A DNA stretch of 64,000 nucleotides from assembly GCF_009914755.1 (NCBI RefSeq), contig NC_060932.1; one strand, written 5' to 3'. Shown here one piece after another: positions 27,101 to 39,445 of this stretch (positions are counted from its first letter, which is position 1; each line of letters starts with the position of its first letter). Below the pieces are notes generated by a model. That model did not search any database, was not told the DNA's origin, and saw only the letters and a list, made by a program, of their open reading frames with translations. The translations under genes were made by a program, and so were the position numbers. Origin of the DNA: the human T2T-CHM13v2.0 reference genome, Homo sapiens.

Positions 27101-27312
27101 AGCCAGGATTGCCATTTCAGCCTTTGTCATAGGAAATGAGGTCTGCCAAGGAGAGTGAAAATGGCTGTTGGGTGGACACCAGCAAGATGGCCAAGAGTCC
27201 TTTGTCAGAATCCCAAAGATGATGGGAAGTGGAGAAAAACATGGAATGTCTTATTTCCCTTTTGAGTCCTAACCACTTCCACTGTTCTTATTTTCCTGGT
27301 TTTGCCCATTAG

Positions 27313-27417
27313 CCCATTACCCTCTTGCCTTTGCACTTGCCTGGAGAGACAACAGTTTAGGGGCTCTGCTGGTTCAAGAAGGACTGTGCAGGTAGCATGG
27401 CCACACACCATGTACAG
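27313..27417 (+). CDS. BAALC: BAALC alternative exon 2 (105 nt; coding to TAG at 27393-27395: (A)HYPLAFALAWRDNSLGALLVQEGLCR*)
   Basis: Acceptor ttttgcccattag|, donor CAG|GTAAGA; phase-1 translation matches the recalled C-terminus of the exon-2-containing short isoform. Confidence 0.82.
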
Positions 27418-27816
27418 GTAAGAGAGGGTATGGGGGGACCAGATCTGGGGAGGTGGGTATGGGACAACTCTGCAAAACCAGGTAATCTATAGCTTGGGAG
27501 AGCCTCTCAGGCCCAGGTGTCATGAAGCATATTTTCCGGCAGTGGGTGGACACTCAGGCTTCAGTATGACTGCCGTGGAATTGCTAGCAGTGGTCAGTTC
27601 TTTTCCAACAAAGTTGCAGTGAGTAGCTATCCAGCCCCACCACCTCTGCTCCATACCTGCTCATGAACCTAGGCATATAATTATTGAAGCTGGTTGCAGG
27701 CATAGAAGTTATGGTTGTGTCACTGGAATACCTAAGTTTACAGAGTACCATTAGGTATTAACTGAATTCCTGGGCATGGTCCCTGAAAACAGAATGGGAA
27801 ACTCCCATGATGTGAA

Positions 27817-28310
27817 GTGTGTTCGTTTCCATTGCTACTGCAACAAGCTACCACAATTTTAGTGGCTTGAACAATATAAATGTATTATCTCCCAGCTCCA
27901 TAGGTTAGAAGCCTGATATGTTGTCATCAGAGCTGCATGCCCTACTGGAGGCTCCTTGGGAGAATCCATTTCCTTTCCTTTTCCAGCTTCTAGAGGCAGC
28001 CTGCATGCCTTTGTTCATGGCCCTTCCTTCATTTTCAAAACTAGCAACATTGCATCTCTCTGTGCCTTTAAAAACAGTCATATCTCCTTTGAGTCTCTCT
28101 CTTCTGGTTCCCTCTTTTACCTTTAAGGACTTTGGTGATTACATTGGGCCCACCAGGATATTTCAGGATAATCTATTTTAAGACCAGCTGATTATCAACC
28201 TTAATTCCACTTACAACCTGAATTCCCTTTTGCTGTGGAACCTCATATATTCACAGGTTCTGGTGCTTAGGAGTGGACATCTTTGGGACCGAGGGTTATT
28301 CTGCCTTCCT
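27817..28310 (-). mobile_element. MaLR LTR (MLT1C/D-type)
   Basis: ttgctactgcaacaagctaccacaattttagtggcttgaacaa..ggagaatccatttcctttccttttccagcttctagaggc..gattacattgggcccacc..atattcacaggttctgg. Confidence 0.85.
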
Positions 28311-28403
28311 ACCATGTCACCAGAGTTGTGCTAATACACAGAGAGCTTCAGGGGATGAGATCTGCCATTCATTGAGCACCTTCTGTGTGGCAGACAGTGT
28401 TAG
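28257..28403 (+). other. BAALC: Probable BAALC alternative exon 3 (147 nt; acceptor in MLT1, donor in MIR)
   Basis: atattcacag|GTTCTGG ... GTGTTAG|gtactt; lies between exons 2 and 4; non-coding when it follows the exon 2 stop, so it cannot be checked by translation. Confidence 0.55.
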
Positions 28404-28555
28404 GTACTTTATAAATGATTTCACTGCATCCCCCAAAATTCAATCCCTAATTTACAAGTGAGACAATGCTGGCTCTGAGAGGCTTAGTGACTTGCCCAAA
28501 GTCACATAGCTGGTGACGACAGAACTCAGTCCATCTGTCCTCCAGTCCATGCTGC
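28365..28555 (-). mobile_element. MIR
   Basis: cattcattgagcaccttctgtgtggcagacagtgttaggtacttt..ggctctgagaggcttagtgacttgcccaaagtcacatagctggt. Confidence 0.75.
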
Positions 28556-30169
28556 CTTGTGTTACCCTTTGCTCTCTCCCAGATAGTTCCAGAGACTTCA
28601 GAATGTGCATGAGCACATGTGAGTGTATATGGGTGGGAGGACAAAAACATAGTAAAAAGTCATCTTCTGAACTTGAAGCTAAAGAAGTTCAACTTAAAAT
28701 AGATGAGCGTGGCAACCAGATGTGGTGACTCACCCAGGGCAGAACTGGTGACTGTTCAGCTGCTAACGACCAGGATGCAGGCTCAAGAGAACCATGTGGA
28801 CTAAACCGCAGAGAGCTGTCGTTTATTCTGTTGATTTATGACTTGCCTGAGTCTGATCAGTGTGGGAACTGGGTAATAAGAATGTCTCAGTGTTTCTCCA
28901 GCCCTCTGTAAAGGAGAGATCTGTCCTTGGGCACGGTGGCATGATGGGCAGTGGAGCGGTGTTCTTGTCCCCGGCTTCACCACTCCCTAGTCTCCGAAGA
29001 ATAGCCTCAACACCTAATTCTCTGTGCACTGATTCTGTACGTACCAGGCAGCTTTCTGCTTGATTTGGTATCTTTATAGCTGATTGCCTCTATTGCAAAA
29101 GCGTAATTTGAAGCCTCAGCCAGGCCCTGGTTGCTGCAAGATGATTACTTGACTCAATCTAGATGGTCTCTGCTCATTCCTGTCTTATAACCATTCCGAA
29201 CTCTCCCGACTCCCATCACGGCCCCACCCTCTCCAGGGAGCACCACACTTTCTACTCATGCAAAGAAATGGGCCCATAAAATTCTTCAAATTGTCTCCTC
29301 CTACTTTTCTATTTTTTTCCTCTGTGTTTTCATCTTCTTTTGGATTGTTCCTCATATCTTATGTTTATCCCTATAATAGTTTGAAGTCTTTGCATTCTCT
29401 TTCTATTCTAATGGTTATCCTAAAGTTTATACACACATAATTTATCAAAGTATAAAGATATCAACATCATTCCCTATTTCTATGTCAATTTAATTTCTTG
29501 CTATAACAAAGACATCAGTGCTTCAGAGTAACATATGGGGCTCTGCCCCAGGCCTCAAAATTAAATGACTCCCCAGAGACTGAGACCAATGACACCTCAC
29601 TGAGCGATCTGGGGAGACTGGAGGGATTGGGATTGTAAACTGGATTCTCTGTGATACTATGTTTCTTTCCTCCCCAAAATGGTACCATTTTTCATTTGAG
29701 AAAGGATTATCATCTAGCACTGGGGATGAACATAACCAAATCATTAATGAAATAGTCACAAGTGTACAAAGGACTTTGAACTTGAAATATAAGTCACTGT
29801 GGCCATGGGCCTTGTAGGGACCTTGGGTTACTTGTTCATCTCCTTAACTGCTTAGTACATTGCCTAGGGAGCACAAGCCCAGTCTTCATCTCTTGTTCAT
29901 ATGAAACATTATTTGTCTTCTCTGCTTGTTCTGGTGTCTTGGGTTAGTTCTCACTGTGGCCCACATTGCCCATTTCCACACCTGAGCACAATGTGAGTGT
30001 TGAGTAGATCTGGAGAATGGGATGCCCAGCCTCTTCAGGGCAAGGGACCCAGCCTCATTCATCTGTGAGTCTCCCTCAGGGCCCATCTGGTAACAGCATC
30101 CAAGGAACACTCATCCCCTTACTGGATGTCCAGGAGTTGCTTCCCTTTATGGGGGGCTCCCCAGCATGT

Positions 30170-30390
30170 AGTAAGGCACCTGCTAAGTGTCAGGTCTGCT
30201 CTAGCCACTTTCTTTATGCTGCCTTCACAATCATCCTGCGAGGAGGCAACTATGGTCTCTGCTTTATTAGATAAGGAAATTGAGACTTGCAGAAGGAACT
30301 TGCCTAAGATCACATAACAAGTAGGTGGTGATGAAGGGACTGAACCCCAGTGCTGTTTGACGGCAAAGCCAATTCTCATGACATTATAGC
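30170..30390 (-). mobile_element. MIR
   Basis: tagataaggaaattgagacttgcagaaggaacttgcctaagatcacataacaagt. Confidence 0.7.
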
Positions 30391-31212
30391 CCCTCAGCGT
30401 TAGACATAAAAGCGCCAATAAAATGCAGTGAATAAATGGATCTGGTTACTTTTGAAAATTCCAAAGGGCCTTGCTTCTTCCACCAAGCTCAATGCCTGCC
30501 CCAATAGAGACGATTTTTTGTCTGTCTCAAGGCCTCTTCATTCAAGCTAATCTTCCTGCTACCCCAGGGACTCTTGATTAAATTTGCCCAGGAAACCCCT
30601 TCCTGCTTTCTCTCAGTATGAGCCTCCCAAACCACACACTGCAATGTCCATGCCCCAGAAATAGAGAAAGCACTGAGTTTAAACAGTGCTTTCTGGAGTT
30701 TCTTATCCTGTGGCTATAAGTAAATGAACTTGTGACTAAGCAGATGATAATGGATAATCTTGAGCTGAGCTATTTCATATGGTTCAAGGTTATGCAATTT
30801 TCCAAGTTTAATCCAAATGTCCTCAGGTCCCACTGGTCTTTGGATATAAATGAGCTGACATGGAAAGCAGTGAGCTCAGAGAGCTATTTCACTGTTTCAT
30901 GCCACTACTTGTTCTCTCAGGACCTTAGCCCTTTTGCAAAGTCTCCCAAAGTATTTCAGCTGGCTCTTACAGGTAATATCGGCCACGTGCTGTTCTGCTA
31001 CCATTGGGGGTCCTATTTTTGCTTTTTCTTCTTTCATTTTCTGCTTTAGAAAGTGCCCCCTCCCTCGATGTTCTTCCTCCCATCCCATACACACACACTG
31101 GGCACTATCATATCTTCCAGGCACATTTATTTTTGTGGCTGGGCATGATTGCCACTTCTAGTGGGCACCGAAGTCCCCTCTTTATTATTGCCACAGCCAC
31201 CAATGCTTGAGA

Positions 31213-31420
31213 GCAGTGGTTCTCAACTGGTGGCTTCTCAATGTCTAGAGACATTTTGGGTTGTTATAATACAAGGTGGGAGTGGGGATGCTATTGGCAT
31301 CCAGTCGGGTAGAGACCAGGGGTGCTGCTAAACATCCTGTAATACTCAGGACAGTTCCCTACAATAAGAAATTACCCATCCCAAATGTCAATACTGCTGA
31401 GACTGAGAAACCCTGCTCCA
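31213..31420. mobile_element. MER20 (hAT-Charlie)
   Basis: cagtggttctcaact..caatgtctagagacattttgggttgt..tgctgctaaacatcctgta..ctgagactgagaaaccctgct. Confidence 0.8.
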
Positions 31421-31906
31421 GAGCCAGAGTGTGCAGAACAAACAGAGTTGCATTGTAAAGCAGGAGAGGAGACTCTCATCCCTTTTTGTGTTAAGCCGTA
31501 AGCTTAGAGTGGCCCCCAGGTAGTGTTGCCTGTACTCTATGTCTTAGTTAATATTTTGGCAAACAGCTTTCTGCTTTTTGCTTATGGTCCCTCATCTCTT
31601 TGGGGTCAGGTTGTGGACAGGACACATGCTCCTCCCCTCTGACCTCTGGGGCTTGGCTTATCTTCACACTGGGTAAGGCTTGCTGGGCCTGGGTCCTTCT
31701 TCCCTTAGAGGGAGTTATTTTCGTGAGACCCCTTAATCCCTAATGCAGATATGCTTCTGGCACCCACCAGTTGGTCCTGACACATCTGAACCCCAGTGTA
31801 GATCCCAGCTTCCATGCAAACAAGATAGAGAATCTTTTGTGACTTAGTGTCCAAGGAGTGCTGAACTTAGGTGAGTGCTAATAAAGATTAGAGCTTGAAG
31901 TTTACA

Positions 31907-32320
31907 CTGTGTGTCAGTTAGGACTCTTTCAGTGGCAAGTAATAAATTAACAAAGAATTTGTTAATTTGTTAATAAATTAGCAAAGAAACAGGTCTATAT
32001 TGGCTCAGGTAACAGGAAGGCCTAGGATAGGGCTGGCTTGGAGTAAGGCTGGGTTCAAGTCACCTGATGTCATGGACCCAGCATCTCCCTCTCTCAAACC
32101 CCTTCTTCTGTTGGCTTCATTCTCAAAAAGGCCCTCCCTTTGCCATGGCCAGACCACTGCCACAGCCCCACCTCACAGCTCCCAGATTCAAGTCCAATGG
32201 ATAGAGCCATTTTTCTAGTAGCTCCTGTAGAAGCCCTAAGATTTACTAACTCGGGCCATGCGATGCCCCTGAACCACATAGTCTACAAGAATGCTGAGTG
32301 TGACTGGCTTTGCCCTTGGT
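31907..32320 (-). mobile_element. Old MaLR LTR (MLT1J/K-type)
   Basis: tgtgtcagttaggactctttcagtggcaagtaa..tattggctcaggtaacaggaag. Confidence 0.55.
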
Positions 32321-33469
32321 CACGGACTCTGACCCCGCACAGTCTGAAAGTGGGGATGGGGTTACTGGGAAAAGGATAAGGGACGTTGAGGGACAGGCGG
32401 CTGCACATGGCTTAGAAGTTCAGGCTCTGTATAACAGGCTGTGGTATTAGGTCAGGAAAGGAATCACTAATGAAGAATGTATCCTTTTAAAATAATAAGA
32501 AAGGGTTGATAATTTTGTGTTTTAGGAAGTCAGAATGCAGGGTGTGTGGAGCAGAGGGGCTCAGAAATGTAGAGATTTCTAAAGGAATTCTGCGAGATAA
32601 AATACACCTGCATGTTCCTCTACTTACAGTTTTCATAGCCCAGTAATCAGGCACATGCTCCCCTTCCTCAACCTTTCAGTATCTTGAAGTTATAAACTGA
32701 TCTTTGCTCGATAACATGCCAAGATGTATTCAACAGTGAGAAAGGAGTACATATATTTTTAAATCTTTATTCATGTTATAGATTTTCTCTAATTGCTTGT
32801 AAAATCTCACATCTTTATTTTAATCAATGACTTTCTAAAACAATGTCTCATTATTTTCTTTGAAACGTTAAAAGTGGAGATTGGAGTACCTTTTAGTTCC
32901 ATTAGACTTCAAAGTGCATTTTTTGACATATGCAATACTATTTTTAAATATAACTGTTAAATAAAAATTCATTTTTAAGGAAACAAGGATAGTAGTGAGG
33001 CTTAAATAAAATAAAGCAACTAATTCAGTGCCTGGAAGGTAGTGTGTTCCCAATGAATAGAAACTCCTTTCTGTTTATGTCTAGGAACATTTACAAATTC
33101 TCATGAAGAAAAAAGAAATAGAATACATCCACTACAACTTGTAGACATGGAGATGTTCACGTTTGTTAAGAGGTTATGACCTAAGATATAGCTTCACCTT
33201 AAATCTTTGGTTTTAAAATATGTAATTTAATAATTATAATTTAACAGTGTAACATGAATTAGAGATCAAACTGTGCGAGAATTTTCAAACATTATTGTAT
33301 TTTTCATGCTTTATATGGATAAAAACATAGCATAAATACGATCAAAAACTGAAATACTAAAACTCCCTTGAGATCTTTCTTCTTTCAGGATTAGCAGAGA
33401 CAGCTGAGCAAAGTGAGAGATTTTTGTTCCCAAGGGAATAGACAGCCCAGCTGGGGGGAGAAAACTTGG

Positions 33470-34430
33470 ACACTTGGAATAAGCAAGGGATCATTTAGAG
33501 TTAAGCTGTGTGACACTGACTGCAGATGGCAGGCATCAGCAAGCAAGGCACTGATCAGAGGTTGCCCCCTCACCAGACTGGAAAGGTGAAGGAGGGAGGA
33601 AGAGCATTCCAGGTGGGGGATCATGTGGAGAAATAACACCTAGGTGGGCATGAGCCTGACCTTTCTGAGGAGCCTAGGGATACTCACCTGACCAGAACCA
33701 AGCTTGGTGATTACCATGAGCCCACAGGATGGAGCTCTTGCAAGCCAGACAGAGGTGTTTGGACCAGATGCAGTGGTGCAATACGGTGTGAGGGAGAAAG
33801 ACATGCTGAGGGAAGATCCGTCTTCCTGTCGTGATTAGGATGTGCTAGACAGTGGGGAAGAGACTGGAGTCAAGGAGGCCAGCTGGAGGTTACTGCAGTA
33901 ATCTAGAGGTTAGATGAGGTGAACTGTACCTTTCCAGTGGAAGCATAAATAGAGAACAAAGGGTGATTTGAGGAGATACGCAGGGATTCGTGTCAGACGT
34001 GATTATAGGGAATGAAGGAGAAGGGAAGGGAAATGATAGGCCACCAGTTTTTAAGTCCAGAGATTAGAAAATTGGTGGCATGTCTGACAGAAATGGCAGA
34101 GTCAGGAAGGGGAACTGGCTTGAAGGTAACATGGTAAATGCAATTTGGATGTATTGAGTATAAAGTGACTCAAGAAACCTCCATGTGAGAAAGTTAGACT
34201 TTCAGCTTGTTCTGCAGGGCTGTCAACATCACTTCCTGAATCTCTCCCTCACATCTCTCTTAAATATCTCTTGAATTCATCCTGTTCCACTCCGCCCCCA
34301 TCCCATTGTTTGAGTTGAGGCTCTCATCACCTCTTGCCTCCAATTACTACCATGGTAATAGGTCTAGCCAATTTTCCTTCCTCCAGTCTCACCCGCTTTC
34401 ATCCATTCTCCTCCATGTCTTTGAACTTTT
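33470..34430. mobile_element. L2 fragments
   Basis: gagcattccagg.., gaggttactgcagtaatctagaggttagatga, ctctcatcacctcttgcctccaattactac. Confidence 0.55.
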
Positions 34431-34849
34431 CTCTCATGTTTTCATTAAGCCTATATTTCTGTTTTCTTGACTATTTAGCAATTATCTAGGGGTATTATAA
34501 AGTGTTGCAATGGAATATGAATGGGACTTTCTTTGCTTTTCTTTGAAAAAAGCAAGTAAAGGATTTAGATTACTTTCCAATAACTTATGAGTGTTGAACA
34601 TTATTTCCTTTAGTCTAATGGCACTCCGGGACTAGACCACAAGGATGACATGATTTATAAGGACTTCATTGATTTCCATTTTCAACTCCTGCCCTAGATC
34701 TGAGTGTCTGCAGGGTGAAGATGGCAGTTTATGCCTCTGTGAGTCCCCAGAGCCTGGTAAAATTGCTGGCGTGTATAGAGAGTCGGCAAATCCCAGTTGA
34801 GATGAACGAATGGGAGCAGAGAGTTGGGTATCAGATGTGAGTTAAATTA

Positions 34850-35190
<341 letters not shown>

Positions 35191-35918
35191 TTAGAACAAA
35201 GAGTGGGGAACCACTTCTTAGGCTGACCACCTTCTCGGTGATGCATGAGCTGCGTGTTCTGATTTCTAGGACAGAAACTGCCAAGCCCTGGGTCAGTAGT
35301 GTAGAGTCTTGATAAGCCAGTCCCAGTTCTTCCCTAAGTCTCTGCATGACCTTGAGTTCATGAGGTTTTCCACAGGGATTCTTGTATATCTCTGCAGGGT
35401 GATCCAGATATTTTGAATGGGAAACAAAGAAATGGAAACAAAGAAATATCAGTTTTGCTGTTGTTTTACACTGAAGAAAAACTACCGTACAGGATTTCAA
35501 TTTTTCTGTCTTCAAATGCCCCGGTTCTAGCGTGCCAAACCAAGCAGAACTTCTGGTTCAAAATGGAATCCATGCATTTAGAGTGGGGTCAGATCACACA
35601 AGCAGGTTACGGACTTTACGGATGATGATGTTCAAACTGTTCCATCAGAAAAACCAGCCCCCTCCATAAATATCAAGAACAGGAATATGATTTAAGGCAA
35701 AGCCAACTGCATCTACACCCAGAACTTTGCAGGCACTTGTCAAAAGGGGGAGCTCAAATTAGATTTCTCACAAGAAAAAAGTAAGCTTAAACTTGTTTCC
35801 CAAGCTACCCAGGGAAAGCTGCAGAGACAGGAATGGGGGCTTAAGAGTCAATTGCCGCATTTCAGAAATACAAAATCAAATCAGCCCACTTGGAGTTTTT
35901 GTTTTATACTTTCAGTAG

Positions 35919-36303
<385 letters not shown>

Positions 36304-37534
36304 TAATTATTGATAGTGAGCTATGTAGTGAGTAGGTTGTCAAACATAATCCTGTTCATCCTGACTGTGTTCTTTCTAAATTGTTACTGAAATCCTTCTC
36401 ATTTAGATTGTGGCTATAGATACGGGATTATCCTTATTAATTCACCATTGTTTTGCTTTTCCCCCTTTCTTTCTAAATAGTCAGTTGCATTTATCAGGTG
36501 AGTTTTTTGGCAAAAGCCATCATTCTGAAGTGGCACAATTCCCAGTTACAGCCTTCTGAGAGAGATTTCCAATTTGGTGAGTCCAGCTGGGAGGATAATA
36601 CATTTAGATGGCCAAGGGAAACTCTAAAAGGAGGCAGCACCCCCAAGGCAAGTCTCCCTTGGCTGGACTCCCTACCGCCAGGCTTGAGCCCTTCTAATGG
36701 ATCCTCCACACAGTTCCTGGGCTGCCATTGCCATGGGACAGCATCCACTCCTTAGCGAGATACATATGGCCATGCAGGACTTGGCCTGTGCTTCTCTGTG
36801 GCCCATTCTGTGCTTTGCCACCAGCAACACCTCTTAGACTTCTCTCTTACCAGCATCCCAGATATCACCACCAGGGACAAGGAATGAGCTTCTCTCCCTC
36901 CCCTCTGCACCCCCAGCCCTAGAGCAGAGTCTAGCACATCAGAGAGGTGCAGTGAGTATTTGGTGTAGAACTCCACGATCTGCAACCCCCTGGTCTGTTT
37001 TTCTAGGGCTCTGTCCACTTCTATTCAGCATAACCAAGTTTCAGTAGCTAGCCAAGCCCCCAATTATCTGTCCTTCTAAAGAAGGTGAGGCATAGAAAGA
37101 GCTTGTGAACATTATGCTTTATGGCTTACCCCTGTCACAGGCGTCACCTATCAGGCCTCTGATATGCATGCAGTAAACAGACCCTGATAGAGCAGCAATC
37201 TGCTCTGTAAATCTGGGTCTCCTGCTTCAGCTCAACCTCTGATCTCCTGGTTGGCCTCCTGGGGCCCCTTAGTATCTGGATTTTAGTTCCTTTAGGAGTC
37301 ACTACATCCTGGCCAACTTGGCAGAGTTGATCTTTGGTGACATTCCCTTGTCCCTGCCTCTTTTCTCCATTTTCTTTCACCCATTCAGTGCCCTCTCTTG
37401 CTCTCAAGAAAGGACCTGAAATCAGCCTTTTGCACATTGTTGTGCCTGGGAGTGGGGAACTGTGAAATTAGCCCTGACCGTGTGTCAGCTCACCTACTCT
37501 TTCTTCTTTGATGGGAGCAAATAGATGGGAGCAA

Positions 37535-37795
37535 GACATCTTTAGAGTCACACAGATCTGGGTTTTGAGTCCTGGATCCATCACTGGTTGGTTGTCTTTT
37601 AGCAAGTTATTTGGCCTCTCTGAGCCACTGTTTCCTAGTCTGTAAAATGAGAATAACAATGCCCACTTACAGGAGTAAATATGGCACATGGTCAATATTA
37701 TTATTTAGCCTCTTCTGAAAGGTCATACAAGGGACAGAGCTGGAATTTGAACCCAGGCCTGCCTGACTCCAAAAGCAGTGCCCACACCATGATAG
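37535..37795. mobile_element. MIR fragments
   Basis: agcaagttatttggcctctctgagccactgtttcctagtctgtaaaatgag and gagctggaatttgaacccaggcctgcctgactccaaa. Confidence 0.7.
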
Positions 37796-38210
37796 CACAT
37801 TCTTCCCTGGTACACAGTGAACCAGCCACCAAAGACGCTTGTTGGGTGAACATGAATTTAAGTCATCAATGCAGAGATGCTTAAGGCCCCAAGAGGTTCA
37901 CTTTCAAAATGGAGTCAAATTCAGAGATATGCCAATGAAGAAAGAAAAAGCAGCTCAAATCCTGCTTTGTCTCGCAAGAAAAAATATCAAAAAGCAAGTC
38001 GTTTTCTTTTGATGCAAAGAAAACCTCTTTGAAATCCTCTTACTCTCAGACTTTCTTATGAAGCAGGGAGAGATTTTCCCCAAATCTTCTTTCCCTGATA
38101 CCACTCTTCTGCTTCTCCATCCCTTTTCCACCTAAAGCCTATTAAATAAATCAACTTAATGTTTCTCTTTTCTTTGACTTGCTTTCCACTGGCTAATTAC
38201 CGGGATTCCT

Positions 38211-38453
38211 TAACCCTGAAGCAAGCCATCAGATCATTCTAGCAAACAAGAATCTTTTGCCTTTAAGGATTAGGGAAAGTAGAGAGACATTGCAAATACA
38301 CACAATATAATGTAGTCTTTTCTTTAATTTAATTCCTGTCACAAAATGATGTGAATTTATCATTTTCTCTCTCCTTCTTCAACCTAGAAGCAAACCGTGA
38401 GGTCATTGTAACAAATAAGAATCCTGTGCCTTGAAAAGATTGGGAGAGCTGAG
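38211..38453 (+). repeat. Diverged direct repeat, two units of about 73 bp (38211-38284, 38381-38453)
   Basis: aaccctgaagcaagccatcagatcattctagcaaacaagaatcttttgccttt versus aacctagaagcaaaccgtgaggtcattgtaacaaataagaatcctgtgccttg. Confidence 0.75.
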
Positions 38454-38541
38454 TAAAAGTTACCATATTCCCTCCCCTGGAGGTAACTAAAATTTAAAGC
38501 TTAGTGAGAATCATAGTATAATAAAAGGTCAGATTCTCAGC

Positions 38542-38951
38542 TGTCAGTCCATTCATGTTGTTATAACAAAATATCTGAGGGTGGGTCATTTATAAATTAA
38601 ACACAAATTTGTTTCACACAGTTCTAGAGGCTGGAAAGTCCAAGACCAAGGGGCCAGCAGGTTCAGTGTTTGGGGAAGACCCATTCCTCATAGACGGTGC
38701 CATCTAGTGCCCTCACATGGCAGAAGAGACAAAGGGCAAAAAGGGCACAAATGCTGTGTCCTCACATGGTGGAAGAGCAAAAAATGGCCTACGCTAGTTT
38801 CCTTCGGCCCATTTATACAGTAGTGATTCATAAGACTCTGCCCTTATGACTTAATCGCTTTCCCAAATGCCCTACCTTTTAATACCACCACAGCTGGGGA
38901 GTAAGTTTCAACATGAATTTTGGAGGGGAGACAAACATTCAAATCATACCA
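38542..38951 (-). mobile_element. MaLR LTR (MSTC/MSTD/MLT1A-type)
   Basis: cacacagttctagaggctggaaagtccaagaccaagg..ctcacatgg..tttcaacatgaattttggaggggagacaaacattcaaatcata. Confidence 0.85.
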
Positions 38952-39149
38952 CCTGGGCAAGGAATTTTAAGCATCATTGAAAAGGAGGTGCATTTTTGAG
39001 GCTGGAGACCCTTCCTGTTCTGCACAAAGTTGGCCCTGTAGACCTTCTAGTCCCAGAATCAAAAAGTTTGGGAGTCAGGCCCTCAGCACCTTACTGGAGT
39101 CCCATCATCAAATCTCCCCTTCCCAGCAGCGAAGTAGCCATCTGTGGCA

Positions 39150-39445
39150 AGAGGGAAGGAAAGCCCTATATGACTCTGGTCTACATGAACCCTCACCAGC
39201 CCCTGTGCAGCATCCCCAGCCCCATCACCAAGCTCTTCCTGTAAGCTGAGTTCAGCGTGATCTTTACCAAGCTGAGGTTGGAGAACTGCTTTTGCTACAG
39301 GGCTTTGATGTCCATGAGGAGAAGGTATTTCTCCTTCCTGCAGCACAAACCCCTAAATGGCAAATGCAATCGCTCATAACTTCATGAGGAATCTGGAGAA
39401 GGCTCAACATACTGTCCTCAAGTTTTCACTCAGCCCTGAACCCTG
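39150..39445 (+). pseudogene. Possible processed-pseudogene fragment of an unidentified GC3-rich gene
   Basis: From ATG at 39170, 50 of 59 codons end in G/C by manual count; one in-frame TAA (39242-39244); open antisense shadow ORF 39083-39346. Parent not recognised. Confidence 0.45.
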
